DNA of 62,604 bases, counting the filler, from Klebsormidium nitens (Eukaryota > Plantae > Klebsormidiophyceae): NCBI GenBank assembly GCA_000708835.1. It is 4 parts of 4 records of this genome, joined end to end, with 100 filler letters (N's around TTAATTAATTAA, not from the genome) between each part and the next. Parts side by side here need not be neighbours in the genome. Positions count along the whole stretch, not along the records: positions 1 to 29,393 come from DF237788.1; 3 more parts are not named here. The stretch is one strand, 5' to 3'. The notes beneath the pieces were generated by a model that had not been told where the DNA came from, searched no databases, and saw only the letters and a list, made by a program, of their open reading frames with translations. Below are positions 1 through 12,722 of this stretch, piece after piece. How positions within the stretch are numbered: the first letter of the stretch is position 1; every line of letters begins with the position of its first letter. Position numbers and translations under genes: made by a program.

Positions 1-159
1 AGTATACGATATCGAGCAAAGCAGATAGCAGATACGCCATACGCGCGCGGACAATATACTGGGACGAGTTCGATATGAAGATTCATAGACTCGAATCGTC
101 ACACCCAAGCTTGGACGAGCACGCTGAACGGCACGGCGGACCTGCTGGAGAGGCAGGGC

Positions 160-398
160 AGTCACTGGGAGGCGCTGTTCCAGCGCGCTTCGAGAAAGCG
201 GCGGGGTCGCAGCACCCGTCGGTGGCGACCACATTGGGTACATGGTGGGGCTGCGGCGGAGCCGGGGGCCGGTACGAGGAGGCGCTCCCACTCTATGAGC
301 GCTCGCTGCGCATCTTTGAAAAGGCGGTGACGCCGGAGCACCCGTTCTTTGCGACTCCGCTGATCGACATGGCGGGCTTGGTTGAAAGGCAGTGCAAA
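160..398 (+). pseudogene. Degenerate TPR (kinesin-light-chain/NPHP3-like) repeat fragment
   Basis: Translation gives FEKAAGSQHPSVATTL...GRYEEALPLYERSLRIFEKAVTPEHP..AT.L..MAGL, typical of 42-aa KLC-type TPR repeats. Neighbouring repeat pieces (EALFQRA; MVGLRR) lie in other frames, implying frameshifts. No splice-consistent model was found. Confidence 0.5.
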
Positions 399-2485
399 GA
401 AGAGGACTCTGATCGGCGCTTCCGCTGTGAAAGCCGAGCTTCTACACCTGAGAGAAGGCACTGGGTTCGATCTCACCACCGTAGCTAGTACTGGTCAGTC
501 GACGCTAGGAGCCCCGAATATATGGTACTTGTTCGGCGATATTTACCATCCGCATCGAAACGCATCATTGTAGTGTCTTCGCGATAACTAGTTTCCCTTG
601 CAAATCAGTAAATGCAGAGTGCACTATGGCAGCCCGATATTTCTATTGCGAACGGTTCAAGATGCACACAGCACAACCCCGGACAACATGGTGGTGCCCT
701 TACCCGTGCAATGGGGTAATATTTGTCCAGTACGCAGTCGAGCCATCTTCAACACCTTGATCGATTTGAGTTGGCTTCTGTAGTCTATCTTCGTGCAATT
801 TAAGCCATATCCCAAAAACATTGTGCCAGCCATGCTGCAATATTCTGCGAACTGCCAACAATTTGCTGGAAAAGCTGATTCTGCGTTCACGAGGGGTGCT
901 AGAATAGTTTTGGCAATCGAAACATCACCTAGGGCCATGCCAGGAACAAAACGGTGTTTACATACGATCTTACGTTGAGGTCGAATGACCAACGCTCGGT
1001 GTTCAAAGTATTACCGTAGTTTCCAAGCTGCTTCTTTGCTGGACCAATTCAAGTGGCCAAGACAAGAGCATGTTCTAGGTTTCAGGACAGTGTTTTTTTT
1101 TCACAACGCCGTGGTCACATGCACCATAGGTTTTCATGTGCTTTCTTGTTTGAGCTTCGAACGTCTGGTTACCCCACCAAACCATCATCGTGCGTCGTGC
1201 CCCAGTCCAATCCGGCCTGGCAATAAGCTATCAATGCCAATACATTCAGTATTTCGCCCGAGTGGGGCTGTTGAACTTATTTTAGCAACAGACCAATGGC
1301 AAATGTTGCTATGGTTGGCACGCGATGATGCCGGAAAGAACATAGACCGCAGAAACCGCGCATGCTGAGCTCTCGCGAGTACCAACACATGTACATCAGC
1401 CGGCCGTCAAACGAGGTAAGAGCTCGATTGCGACTTTCTTGCCAAGCAAACGGCTATAATATTTCGAACCTTTATTCGTCGGCCGTGTTCACAAAACCGC
1501 ACTCCCACTCTCCGAATATACATCACACCCTCTTCTGCGTGGCACAAGGAATACCGAGCCACATCTACAATTAGACGCCAGAACTAAGAGTCACCGAGCA
1601 ATTACATGTTTTGGACACTTTCAAGTCATTGCAGCAAAGGGCCGCATGCTTTATTGAAATCGGGTCTGACCACCTCCGTTGTGTAGAATGCGCTACAGAA
1701 TGACGGATGCAGCCAGTGTTCCTCCGGGATTTTAGAAACGAATTGCTTCAACGACGGCGCAAGTGCATGTGAAGCTCAGCAGCGTCGACGCAAACTACAA
1801 CGAGGCCTTAAAGGGTGTGCACTAATACCTGTTCGCTCTTGCTTTCCTTCAGAACATTGAACGCATCACACATGCTTAAAGCGATGCCAGCAAATTCACT
1901 GAAGCCACTGGTATGACGGACAAGAGAAGGCCAACATGTATCACTCGCAACTGGCGGTTGAGCCAGAGTTGCCGCATGCACTCGTACAGCAGACGAACGA
2001 CGATCCATCTGCATTAAAGCACTGCATACAAGAAAGCGGGCAACGTTTGGGATGTTTTTGGTCGTAAAACCACATAACACATCTCTCAAAAAATGCGCAA
2101 CTCGTCCTAGAAATGGCCGAGGACGAGATGAAAGTATGCATGATTGTCAAAGATCGTAGAACAGCCAAGCAAATGGATATTCTGAAGCGGACCTCCGAGA
2201 AAGTTAACTTGAAGTCCTTTACAACCAGTGCATAGTCGGAGAGCGCAGCAACCCACAGCGCATGCAAATTTATCCGCCTTTGGAAAGAGTTCCCACCACC
2301 CACCAGAACTTAGACTCCATAGATCTCTATGCGCACCGTAATATGATATGATGATGGGGATGAGAGCAGGAGCAATCGAATAACTTGCACCCGAGCAGCA
2401 CCTGGGGCGGATCTCCAACGCAGTTTCAAGGCCCTTAAATAGAACGCAAAATGCAGAACAATCGACAGCTTTTCAATAACCTCAC

Positions 2486-3621
2486 CTGGTTAGGGTTCTT
2501 GCTGCCGGGGTCGCACGTCATCGAGTTCGGAAATGTTGGAGTCACAAAGACAAGTCTAGGTATCGAATAAGCGGAGCTATTGTCAGGATACGCATAATTC
2601 AGTTCGCCTGTTGCCCCCCGAAACTGTCCGGTCCCACCCACAATGGCAAGAGGACCGTTCTCGACGAAGTCATAATAACCTGTAAGGCAAAAAGAAGTGG
2701 GCTATTTATTTTAGAACATTGAGAGAGGTCCGAGTCCCCAAAAGTAGGGTTTGATACGTTAGGCCATTGCTACAGACAATTACTCGCACAAACATTGCAA
2801 GCAGCAGAAGTTCCATTCATGATCCTTTAAAATCAACCATCTGAACCTGGATAAACGAATTAAAGCCATCATTAAGAGCTTGCCAAGCCATTGATGCTAT
2901 TCAGTGCTTAATTTGGTTGGTTCCTTAGGCATCCCCTCAGTTGATAAGGCACCAGACCACTAGCACAATGAGGAATTCGGTACACAAGTTCATCAAGAAG
3001 AACATTCTCTGAAGGCCAGGTGAACAGCATTATTCTTGGTTTGAGTCCTTGTTCAATGGTTTTCCTTCTTTGATACTGGTGATGCAACGTACTGTTGCCT
3101 TTGGCACCTCATTGATGCAGATGCATACTCCATGCTCCAAGACACCCAGACAAAGGACACCGTGCCACGATTTTATTACTGAGTCCTTCACCATTGTCAG
3201 ATGAATAGAAGTGGGTTGAGGCATACAGCCTCAGTCATGCATAATGTGTGCTTCTGTAGAATCATGTAAAAACTGAGTAGATCTAAAAGAGTAGGGCACA
3301 AGGGAGAGACCTCCAATCATAAATGGCTTCAAAGCAGTATGTAATGATAATGAAACCATTTCTCCCTTACCAGCAACAGTAAGCGCGCTCCCTGCATACT
3401 TCCCGCCGGTGTAAACCAGGGTCTCCAAGCACTCGTACGCCGTATTGGGGATGCCGTCTGTAATCTCTGCCGATACAATGCAGTTCCCATTGACAAAACC
3501 AACTACAGTGCCTCGGTCGTCTCCCACTTTCAAATCATTGTTGTATGCAAGAATCTCCCCAAGCTTCGTCGGCATCATGATACTCTGCCTTGGGCCCGAT
3601 GGAGAGAACACTTCAGCATAC
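2486..3621 (-). CDS. Allene oxide cyclase / dirigent-like beta-barrel protein (two internal exons only; 5' and 3' ends unresolved)
   Basis: Exons 3621-3371 and 2679-2486 have canonical AG/GT sites and matching phase. Joined translation: ...LGEILAYNNDLKVGDDRGTVVGFVNGNCIVSAE...YECLETLVYTGGKYAGSALTVAG|YYDFVENGPLAIVGGTGQFRGATGELNY. LAIxGGTGxFxGAxG is the AOC/dirigent signature. A signal-peptide-like ORF (MSIFLLNSK..LMLLMLVLPLLCQC) starts at 4038 upstream but could not be linked in phase. Confidence 0.7.
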
Positions 3622-4853
3622 CTGCAATTAGAAAGATAGCATGTATGTACTGCCTCTGCAGAACGGATAGTCACAGATTCAAGTTGTGTGAATTATGAGG
3701 ATTTGGATGAAGCTGATACAGCTGAAGATTTGATTCTGGGGTGGAGAGCTCATTCTTGTCATCCTTTCTGGACCTGGTGCCAAGTCAGCCTGATGGCCTG
3801 AAAGGTAACTGGTTTCAAATTACAAAGCAAGGTCGTACAAATATCGACAATATAAAACGCATACTATTGGGCATGAAAAATTTGTCATGATACACTGAAG
3901 ATGGCAAGTGACTACAATAGACATGGCGTCGTGCTTATATGGAGTGGTCAAAGTACATTGGCAGAGCAAGGGTAGCACTAGCATCAGCAACATCAAAGTG
4001 CTTGTTGAAGCCTTAGAATTAAGCAAGAAAATTGACATAGTAATTTCCTCCTTCAGGAAAAAATATGGAATTGCGTGAGCAACTAGATTGTGAAAGAACC
4101 TGTATGCATGGGTGATGGTGCATGCAGAACAATGCGCACACAAGAACTAGACAGATTCATGCGATTAAGTCGATAAGTAGGTCCAGCACACAACATGAAA
4201 AATCCTGCAAAATGAATTTTCAGGTGTCAAATAACCAAAGGAGATACAGCAATATTGCAAGAGCCTCCCGTGTATAGCATTCTGCTGATCGACTTCTGAC
4301 GGGATGGACAAGAATAGCATTTGAGGTCTCGAGCACGTGAGCCCCAGACCAACGCTAGAGAATCGAGGATTGTGGCGTCCAATCTTTCTGCTGAAGAAGG
4401 AAGCTTGAGAGACGTACTCCAGATCTGATGATGACACGTTAAAAATCCAGTAAATAAAGAGGTCAGAAGAAGCAATACAGCAGTAGAGTCATCAATGTTA
4501 TTTCCAAAGTGACATTAGGACAGTGCCCACTCACTCGCTGATGTCGTAATAAGCCGTCGCTGCTCTGGAAAGAATCGGGTTGCTCAAGGAGAAAAGGACG
4601 ATCAACAGGCCCACCGCAGCCGTTGACGCCATGACGCACCAATATTGCCGAGATTTGAAGACCTGGCCAAGGACTAGAAGGTGGAAGTAGCTATGGCAAT
4701 CGACTTCCTGTGAAAGCCCAGGTCACCTTTATGTCCACCTCCCAGATTCGTGCAATCGGAGCGAGAATCGAATGTCACCACACCAACATTTGCTGTGGAC
4801 AGTACTGCGCCCTTTAATACGAACACGTACGGATAGCGGATCGTAGCGGCCGG

Positions 4854-4899
<46 letters not shown>
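4854..4899. repeat. (TACT)n tetranucleotide microsatellite, about 11 copies
   Basis: Directly visible tacttacttact... run. Confidence 0.95.
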
Positions 4900-5682
4900 T
4901 GCCACATGAACTCAGCAACAATCCCGCGCGCCTTCCGCGCGCAAAGCCGATATCGCCCCAATTCAATAAATTAGCATGGCATGGGGGGGCCGCGCACTTG
5001 GGCCGGGACCCCCCCAGAATTTATTTTTATTTTTTTGTATGTTGCATTTAGTCATTTGACACCACCCTATCAAGTCTGGGCCGAAACCGTTGCTTTCCGG
5101 GCCTATTTGCAACGTTGTGTAAGGCTTGGCAACAAAAGGCAACATCCGGCCACAAAGGGTTACTCTGATTTCCACCTTCTCTCCTCATGTATGCAATAAC
5201 GTGCATTCATGCACGGGCACTGTTGAAAAGTCCGAAGAGAGTAGGTACAGTGCTTCATATGGGACCCAATATCGAACGCGCGATCGATTTTGATGACCGT
5301 CGGATCTCGAGCTGTACAGCTATCGGAGGGCGGAGAGCTGTTTTCGAGGCCTCTGCATTTGGCCGTTTGACGCGGGTGACGTCATTGCTCATGAGATGCT
5401 GCCCACGTTGATCCCTTCGCTGCGAGAAACGTCTCCAATGTTCACAATCTTGAGGGTACATCAGGCTGGGCGAAACAGTGGAGGTCAAAGCGTGCTGGGG
5501 GCAGGATTGTCGTCGAGCAGGGATCGAAAAGCGCTTTGGAGGTGGTGTTTTGTAGAGGGTTTGTAGCACTTTTCGTAAGCACTAGCTGGTCCGTCTTCGT
5601 CTTGGAGAATCTGATTGGTGGCAGAAGTGCGGTTGGGGAATAGGTTTGGCACTTGGTCGGCTGCTGCCAAATCTAAGCAGCC

Positions 5683-8600
5683 ATGGCAACATCGGCGGCG
5701 GTTGCTGGGTCTGCCTCATCCACGATCGCCACCAACTGGGGGGTTTCTTGCCGCGCGAATGCCCACAGGAGAAGTAATTGTGCAGTAGGAAGCCCGTTCT
5801 TGGGTCCAGGGGAGAGTTTGGCTGGGACCAGCTCCTTTCTAGGATGCCAGTTGAAGGGAGGGCAGGATGGACTGTCAAAGGCTGCCAGCACTTCTGGGAG
5901 GCATGCCGCTCCAACTGCTGTGATGGCGGTGAGCAACGTTTGTTGGGTTTACAGGAAGGAATTATTGTTATCCAAGTTTGGTTTGTGGTTGGTCAAGTGC
6001 TTGTTACTAGGAAGCCTGGCTGATTCCTGATCTGATTCCTTTCAAGATTGTGATCAAGGGCTTAAAGAATCGTACTCAAGGGCAAAAGCTGCCTTTCTTC
6101 GGAGTGTCTGTGTTGGGAAGAAAACTGTCTGCTTGGAGGCTTCCATAAGCTCTGTTCCATACGTGATTGCTTCTGAGGAAGCAGTTACAAGGTATGGTGG
6201 ACACGACATGATTCTGGTTGTTCAATTATATTTGACCCACTGGACCTCCTTCATCCTCGTAAAACTCGCAGAGGTTGCCCTGCATTCTTTTTCCACACAA
6301 AGATGAAATCTGATGTCTCGGAGAAAATACGATCTGACCATTGGGTTGTCCTCGCAATATTGGTAATGGTGATCGCATTCCACATGGTAAAGGTGGGGAG
6401 TCAAAGTATGGTTTTTTTGGTACAGCGCCAAGGGGTTTATCAATTTGTACTGGCGCTCAAATTAGAATGCTCAGTATCCAGTCGGCCAAGTTCAAGTTGC
6501 TGGCATTAGGATTTTATTTGGAATTGGTGCTTTTGGGGGTTCTTGAAGCTCCTACCTTGAACATACTAGTCTCCCTGTTGATTTTTTCACAACGTGTGTG
6601 TGGAAGGGGTTTGCCCTGAAGCTGTGAAATCTATGATCCAGCTGCGCTTTTGAACTGACGATTGGAATCGCCTGCATCCACTTCTGGCTTGCCAATTGCT
6701 GGTTCAAACGTGCGGGGCAGGTTGTGCGGTGTTGAAGTTGATTCCGCAGCTCAAAGTCGTGCTGTATAAAAGTTGAGGCCTGCTTGCTTGGTCATCTGAC
6801 GGATTCTGTCACACAGCAATCAGGCGTTCACTCAGGCTTCGGTTGCCAAGTATTAGTAGAGGCCACCAAAGAGCTGCTGACAGAAAGGGGAATCTGGGCC
6901 GATCTCTACCACCAGGACACCACAAAGAAAGAAGCACATGCCACGACCTTTAAAAAAAAAAAAATCTGAGCGCATGCTCGTGCTCGTGCAGCCCCGCAAG
7001 GCACCGACCTCTGCCCCAGCTAAGCGGAGCAAGGTGGAGATCATCAAGGAGAACAGCAACTTCTTGCGGTATCCCCTCATCGAGGACCTGGCAAACGACG
7101 AGCCGAACGTCAGCGAGCCCTCGGTGCAGCTCATCAAGTTCCACGGCAGCTACCAGCAGGTGCGCGCGGTCTACTAAAGTGTCTGTGCATAATTCTGTCG
7201 CAAAAAGGGGATGGTTGGATCTCCCGGTTGGATCTCCCAGAGTAGCCGAGGTATTTGTAGTTTGAAAGTCAATCTTACAGCATCCAACTTGCAGGCAAGC
7301 GCCGCAGTCTTAACATGAATGACGATTTACGAAAAACGATCTACGGGTTGTATTCTGTAGAACACAGGACGAGGTGCGGTAGTAGTTTATGGATAATTGA
7401 GCAGGGAATCTGCTTAAGCAGTGCCACCACAGGTGCCAAAGGTGCAGTCTTGAGGAAGTCAACCTTGGAGGTTGTGAATGAGGAACTCTACATCTGAAAA
7501 GAATGGTTAGAAAAAGACAGTTTAGACCGTACATTCAGTGCCAGCAGTGCGCCACTGGAAGAAGCCTACTACCGGTATCAAGGGTGTTGAAGATCAAGGG
7601 AAGCGCCGATGTGTCTCTTTCTATATGGTCCCCAGAAGAAGTTAAGACCACACCTAATATGATCGGCACTTATTTTGGATGCTTCCCAGGATCTTTCAGC
7701 TGTGATCAAGTGGCCTGCAATTGAGGGGCAACAACTTCGCCAGTTTCGAGCTTGGCATGACCCCATTTGGCATGGTCCACCGAGCTGGCAGATCAAAGTT
7801 GGATTTTCAGCAATGCCTGCTAAGCTGGCTTCTGAATTAGTTCGGGCGGCCTAAACTGCTGGGTTGGAGTACCTTAATTTGAGCACTTCGGTCCATTGGC
7901 ATACCTGCCAGTCTCCGCGATTTTGCGAAACCCCTCAAATAAAGGCACTCACTTTGTCTCTCACAGCCGGCCGCTCTTCGTATCTGTAACATAAAGGCCC
8001 AAAGGCCCTCAATCTCTTTGCATAGCCTGCGAAGGGCGCCAATAATCAGATTGTGAGAATCTGACGGCCTTCTTTGCTCGTGTGTACAGGATGACCGTGA
8101 GAAGCGCACGTTCGGGCAGGGCAAGGCGTACCAGTTCATGATGCGCACCAAGCAGCCGGGGGGCAAGGTGGACAACCGCTTATATAAGACGATGGACAAC
8201 CTCGCCGACAGGTACGGGAACGGCACGCTGCGCCTGACGACGCGCCAAACGTTCCAGCTGCACGGCGTGCTCAAACAGGACATGAAGACGGTGTTCAGCA
8301 CCGTGATCAAGAACATGGGGTCGACGCTGGGCGCGTGCGGGGACGTGAACAGGAACATCCTGGCGCCCGCGGCGCCGTATGCGGACAAGCCTGAGTACAA
8401 GTGAGCTCGCAGTCAGCTTTGCCAGTGTAGATTCTGCTATTGGACATGGTGTCTGTGGTTGTGAATCGTTTGTGTGATGCTGCAAATTCCATCGGATCTG
8501 CTGAATCCGAGTTCAGGCGGTGTTAGGTACAGTCAGGTTTTGGATCTGCTCAATCTGGTGTCAAGCTTGCAAAGCGGTATCTGCATTTACTAGTATTCGC

Positions 8601-11600
8601 GGGGATTGCTTGACGCAATATGCAGGAGTATTGTTGGACAGCTGTTGACCCTGGCCGGTCGTCCGCTTGGAGTTCTAGACTCGCCAGGAGCTGGAGCTCA
8701 CCTAACCCTGTCACACATTTTACAGGTACACTCAGGAGTACTCCGACAAAATTGCGGACCTTCTGGCGCCCCAGGCTGGCGCCTACTACGATGTGTGGCT
8801 GGACGGCGAGAAGGTGATGTCATCGGAGGAGGACCCTGAGGTCACCAAGGCTCGGAACGACAACAGCCACGGCACCAACTTTGAGGGATCCCCCGAGCCG
8901 ATCTACGGCACGCAGTTCCTGCCTAGGAAGTTCAAGATTGCAATTACGGTTCCGGGGGACAACTCGGTGGATATTCTGACGAACGATTTGGGCCTGGTCG
9001 TGATCACGGACAAGACGGGGGAGCTGGAAGGATTCGACATCTACGTCGGTGAGCTCCCTGAATTTAAGCCGTTTTTGCGCCTCACTAGTCGGGCCCCTTG
9101 CCCTGTCTTTGGGCTTGCGGAGGAACGTTTGTTCTGCAAAGCTAGGAACCTACTTCGTGGCATGACAGCAGGACGAGGGGTTTGGTTTTGTGGGATTCCC
9201 TTAGAGCGGCGCTGCAAGCAAATGCAGCTCCTTAGGTTTGTGACGAATCGGTCGAAGATCTCTAATGAAGCGGACAAACGGTTGGCAAGCGAGTCTTTTG
9301 CTCTACTCTTTCCATCTTATTCTTCGCAATCCCTGCGTGGAGTACCTCAAGCGGTCTGACCATACATCTTGACCCCTGTTTGGTTCACATCATAGACAGG
9401 AATGGAGGTGCTGTTCTCGACAATTGGATGATCCACTGGACAAGTGTTTTGCCAACCGCGCAACTGGATCCGAAATTGCTCGTCCGACGGCCCTGACTTT
9501 TAGTCTTCACTTTGGCCCCCCTGAGTAAAGCTAAACGAACCCCGTCCTGCGCTGCCAGGTGGCGGCATGGGGCGCACCCACCGCAAGGAGGAAACATTCC
9601 CCGCGCTTGCGCTGCCCCTCGGATACGTGCCCAAAGAAGACATCCTGTACGCCGTTAAGGCGATCGTGGCGACGCAGCGCGATTATGGGCGGCGGGACGA
9701 CCGCAAGTTCTCGCGCCTCAAGTACCTGGTGCACGACTGGGGGATCGACAAGTTCCGGACGGTCACGGAGCAGTACTACGGGAAGAAGTTTGAGTCGTTC
9801 CGGGAGCTGCCCGAGTGGAGGTTTGAGCACTACCTTGGCTGGCAAGAGCAGGTGAGGCTCTTGTTTTTCAGAGGAAGGTTCGAAACCTTGTGGACTTACG
9901 AGTTGCGAGGCTCTGTCTTATGGGTTGCGAGGTTCTGTGATCCAGAGTCCTTTGCAAGTCTCACCGAGTTATCAGAGTGAAAACCTTTTGCCCAAGGATG
10001 CCTCGCTCGAAAATGGGCTCGTCATGTGTAAGGTGGTCAAATATGAGCTCGCTTTGTATCTTCGAGGAGGCGGAAATGAGACGGCAAGATATTTCTGGAC
10101 CTGAAAGTCGTAAGGGGCATTTTTAAGATCGAGAAGCGATCTCGTGTTCGACGGACCGCAGGGTCCGGTTGGCAACCAGATGCGGCATTTCTTTAGCTGA
10201 CCGTTTTTGTCATTCTCTCAGGGCGACGGCAAGCTGTTTTTGGGTCTGAACGTGGAGAACGGGCGCATCAAGGGCGACCTGAAGAAGGCCATCCGGGCGG
10301 TGCTGGACACGTACGACCTGCCCGTCCGGATCACCGCCAACCAGAACCTCGTCCTGTGCGACGTCAAGAAGGCCTGGCGGAGCCCGATCACGAGAATGCT
10401 GCAGGCCGCCGGCGCGGTGGTGAGCCCACTGGTCGTCATGCTTGGTCTTTGCCAGCAAAGCTCAATATTGAGATCAAGACAGTCTTTGGAGATGACTCCA
10501 ATAAGCCGCTTGCTAGTCCCCTGAAATCAAGGAAGCAAATAGGCAAAAGCGAATGGGTTCGTTCTATTGACCGTTTTATAGAACTAGAAGTGAACTAGAA
10601 GTGCGTGGCGTGGCCCGATTAGTCGGTGTTCCTCCAGAATCAACCGTTTGATTTTAATTGTTTGCCTGTCGGTTTTTCATAACGATAATTGTATACTTAC
10701 CCACAGTTCGACCCCACAGGTCGCCGCCAACAAGCTCGACCCCCCCGCACAGTGACCTCCTTCCCATGCCTCACGCATTTCCTCTGCGTTGACTGAACCC
10801 CGAAGTTTAATCGCAGTTCCTTTTGAAATCTACATCTCTGTTCAAAATTGGTCGAAACGAGTGTGATTGCTTTTAGATCCTCAATCCAAGTTCTGTCTCC
10901 CACAGGTCGCCGCCAACAAGCTTGACCCCCTGACAGTAACCTCCATGGCGTGCCCCGCGTTCCCCCTCTGCGGGCTGGCCGTCACCGAAGCGGAGCGCGC
11001 CCTCCCGGACATCAACAAGCGCCTCCGGGGGATCATGAATAGGCTGAAGATGAGCAAGTCCGACGACACCTTCGTTGTGCGCATGACGGGCTGCCCTAAC
11101 GGGTGCGCCCGGCCGTACATGGCGGAGCTTGGGTTTGTGGGCGATGGGCCCAACAGCTACCAGGTGAGGAAACGCGAGGAAAAAGAGGAAAGTTTGCCCG
11201 AGCAGTTGGCGAGTTTCTGGGCTTGGCTTCATTGGGACGAGCCGCTCAAGGTTCCTGTACTTTGTTTGAGTCCCTTCCTTTCTCTTTCCTGTCCACATCA
11301 AAAGAGGTCTGAATTCGGCGGCGCGATGAAGAAGGTTCGAAAGCGTTTGAAATCTGAGCGGAAAGCTCGAAACGTGCGGGTTCGTTTTATTCGTTTTCTC
11401 ATCCATTTGTTACAGGAAAAACGGGTTGCTCCGAGTGTTGGGTTTGCATAGTTGATGATTCGGTGTGGCTGCAGATTGGCTTTGCAGCGTTTCATCAAAC
11501 TTGTCACGAACCTCTCGGAGGCCAGATTGTTCGAACTTGCTCCCGGTTCCAACCGATTGTGGCACTTATCGACGCCAGCTTCCTGCCCACGTGCTGAATT

Positions 11601-12722
11601 TCCCAAAGCTTGCACCCTGTATGACTTGGAAGGTCGGAAGCGGGTATTTGATTGCGATTTAGCACTCCTCTGTGAAGTCCAAAGTTGGTTGGAAGATCTG
11701 TCGACAGGGTCTTTCGAGCAGCAAAGCATCCTTCAGATCAGTAAGTCGGAATTCCAATTACCCGGAGACATTCCAACTTAACCGGAAACTTTGTTGGCCG
11801 CAGATCTGGTTGGGCGGCACTCCAAACCAGACGGCGCTTGCGCAAACGTATCAGGAGAAGATGAAGGTGCAGGACCTCGAAAAGACGATTGAGCCGATTC
11901 TTGCCACGTGGAGGGACGAAAGGGGCCCGGCCGAGAGCCTGGGAGAGTACGTAAACAGAGTGGTAAGTCGATTGCTGAACAACAGCGTTCCAATAGTGGT
12001 CTTGCGTCTTTGCAAATGTTGGGTACTTCTGGTGTCTGCTGACATCGCTGTCCGTTGTGTTCTTGGTGACTAGTACGGCGAGTCTGCCCGGTTGATCCTG
12101 CTGGCCATTGCTTAATATTGCTTTTGCTGACGTAGGTAGCCTTCGTTTCTGCCAGTGTGCCCACCATCCTCTCACCTCACATGGCCCCCTTCGTCCCTTC
12201 GTTCTTCTGCTTGCGTGGTTGCGCTGTGGTACATGTCTTGTCCCAATCGACGGCTTTTCCTTTGTTGTAGATTGTTTGTTCTCCATCTGCGATCCTTCCT
12301 TACGTCTCTTCTGATCCGTCAGCCTTTCGTTGCTTTGTTGCCCCCCCCCTTTTCATTTCTCTTTCTCATGTCACGGCCCTCCTGTTATCTTTTCCTATCA
12401 TCTGGTCGCATTTCTCGTCCGTTTCGCTCCAGACGACAATCCTCTCTGACCCCGAGCTTAGCCCGAGTGACGTTTGATCTCGTGACGTCCATTTCATCTG
12501 ACGGGGTTCCTATTCCGCTGCCTCCTTTTGCAGGGCTTCGACCACCTGAGGCAGAAGGCGGCCACATACACGCCCGTCCGGAGGGGCGGCCCCAAGGCCA
12601 GATCGTTCATCATCAAGGAGGACACTTTGGATTCGCTCACGGAGCTTTCGATTAGGAGCGGCAAGTCGTTGCAAGAGCTGGTGCACGAGGCCGTTCAGAA
12701 GATGCTCGACGATAAGGCGTAG
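5683..12722 (+). CDS. SIR: Plastid ferredoxin-dependent sulfite reductase (about 714 aa) with transit peptide and C-terminal RHH-like extension
   Basis: Nine exons in consistent phase: 5683-5928, 6992-7159, 8090-8400, 8726-9048, 9559-9851, 10222-10419, 10906-11163, 11804-11962, 12534-12722. Motifs: [70 protein letters not shown], and the siroheme/4Fe-4S cysteines ACPAFPLC and GCPNGC. Exon 1 is Ser/Ala-rich and transit-peptide-like; its exact donor is less certain. Confidence 0.95.
10713..10790 (+). repeat. Decayed intronic duplicate of the acceptor and 5' end of SiR exon 7
   Basis: cccacag|gtcgccgccaacaagct is identical (24 nt) to 10899-10922. Similarity continues with mismatches and a frameshift to TGA. 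Confidence 0.9.

Noticed and set aside
5377-5384. TGACGTCA palindrome upstream of SiR
   Set aside because: An 8-mer can occur by chance in 60 kb, and there is no independent support for a regulatory role.
5485-5936. Minus-strand ORFs (87-110 aa)
   Set aside because: Antisense shadows of the SiR transit-peptide exon and 5' region; no motifs.
8520-8540. Possible faint echo of the SiR exon 4 acceptor (ttag|gtacagtcagg versus acag|gtacactcagg)
   Set aside because: Only about 13 matching nt; too short to separate from chance.
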